Shown here in pieces: positions 63,941 through 64,000 of a DNA stretch of 64,000 nucleotides. The notes beneath the pieces were generated by a model, which worked only from the letters and a program-made list of their open reading frames with translations, was not told the DNA's origin and did not search any database. Source of the stretch: Octopus sinensis (taxonomy: Eukaryota). Each line of letters opens with the position of its first letter. The stretch's first letter is position 1. The position numbers were made by a program, and so were the translations under genes. The DNA is taken from positions 168,764,001 to 168,828,000 of the forward strand of contig NC_042999.1 in the NCBI RefSeq assembly GCF_006345805.1. The letters run 5' to 3'.

Positions 63941-64000
63941 GCCTAAACAACTAACTTATAATTCAGAGACAAGATAAAGGTAAAGGTTTTTATCTTTCAT

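Overview
AT-rich, repeat-saturated eukaryotic DNA. The SINE families and the (TA)n/(TACA)n microsatellite landscape look like an Octopus genome; this is pattern recognition, not a database result. Only one host gene segment is visible: the first 56 codons of a rhodopsin-family GPCR on the minus strand (ATG at 169, running off the left edge), which the ORF track missed. The rest is decayed and nested mobile DNA: RTE-clade LINEs, a Gypsy LTR element, R4/Dong-type elements sitting in (TAA)n, Tc1/mariner copies, non-autonomous Helitrons, tRNA-derived SINEs, a probable ORF1-only L1/Tx1-like element, and four Penelope-like elements (three Neptune-like, one Naiad-like). The most striking layer is structured RNA. 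I read about 12 type I hammerhead ribozyme motifs with an intact CUGANGA...GAAA...UH core and about 8 degenerate ones. They come from many distinct sequence families, and most sit in short non-coding modules inserted into (TA)n tracts. Highlights are a 473-bp tandem, retrozyme-like unit with two identical hammerheads, hammerheads with greatly extended stem II, and foldbacks whose symmetry axis appears to coincide with a palindromic hammerhead stem III. All long ORFs over microsatellites are artefacts. Coordinates of decayed elements are approximate.
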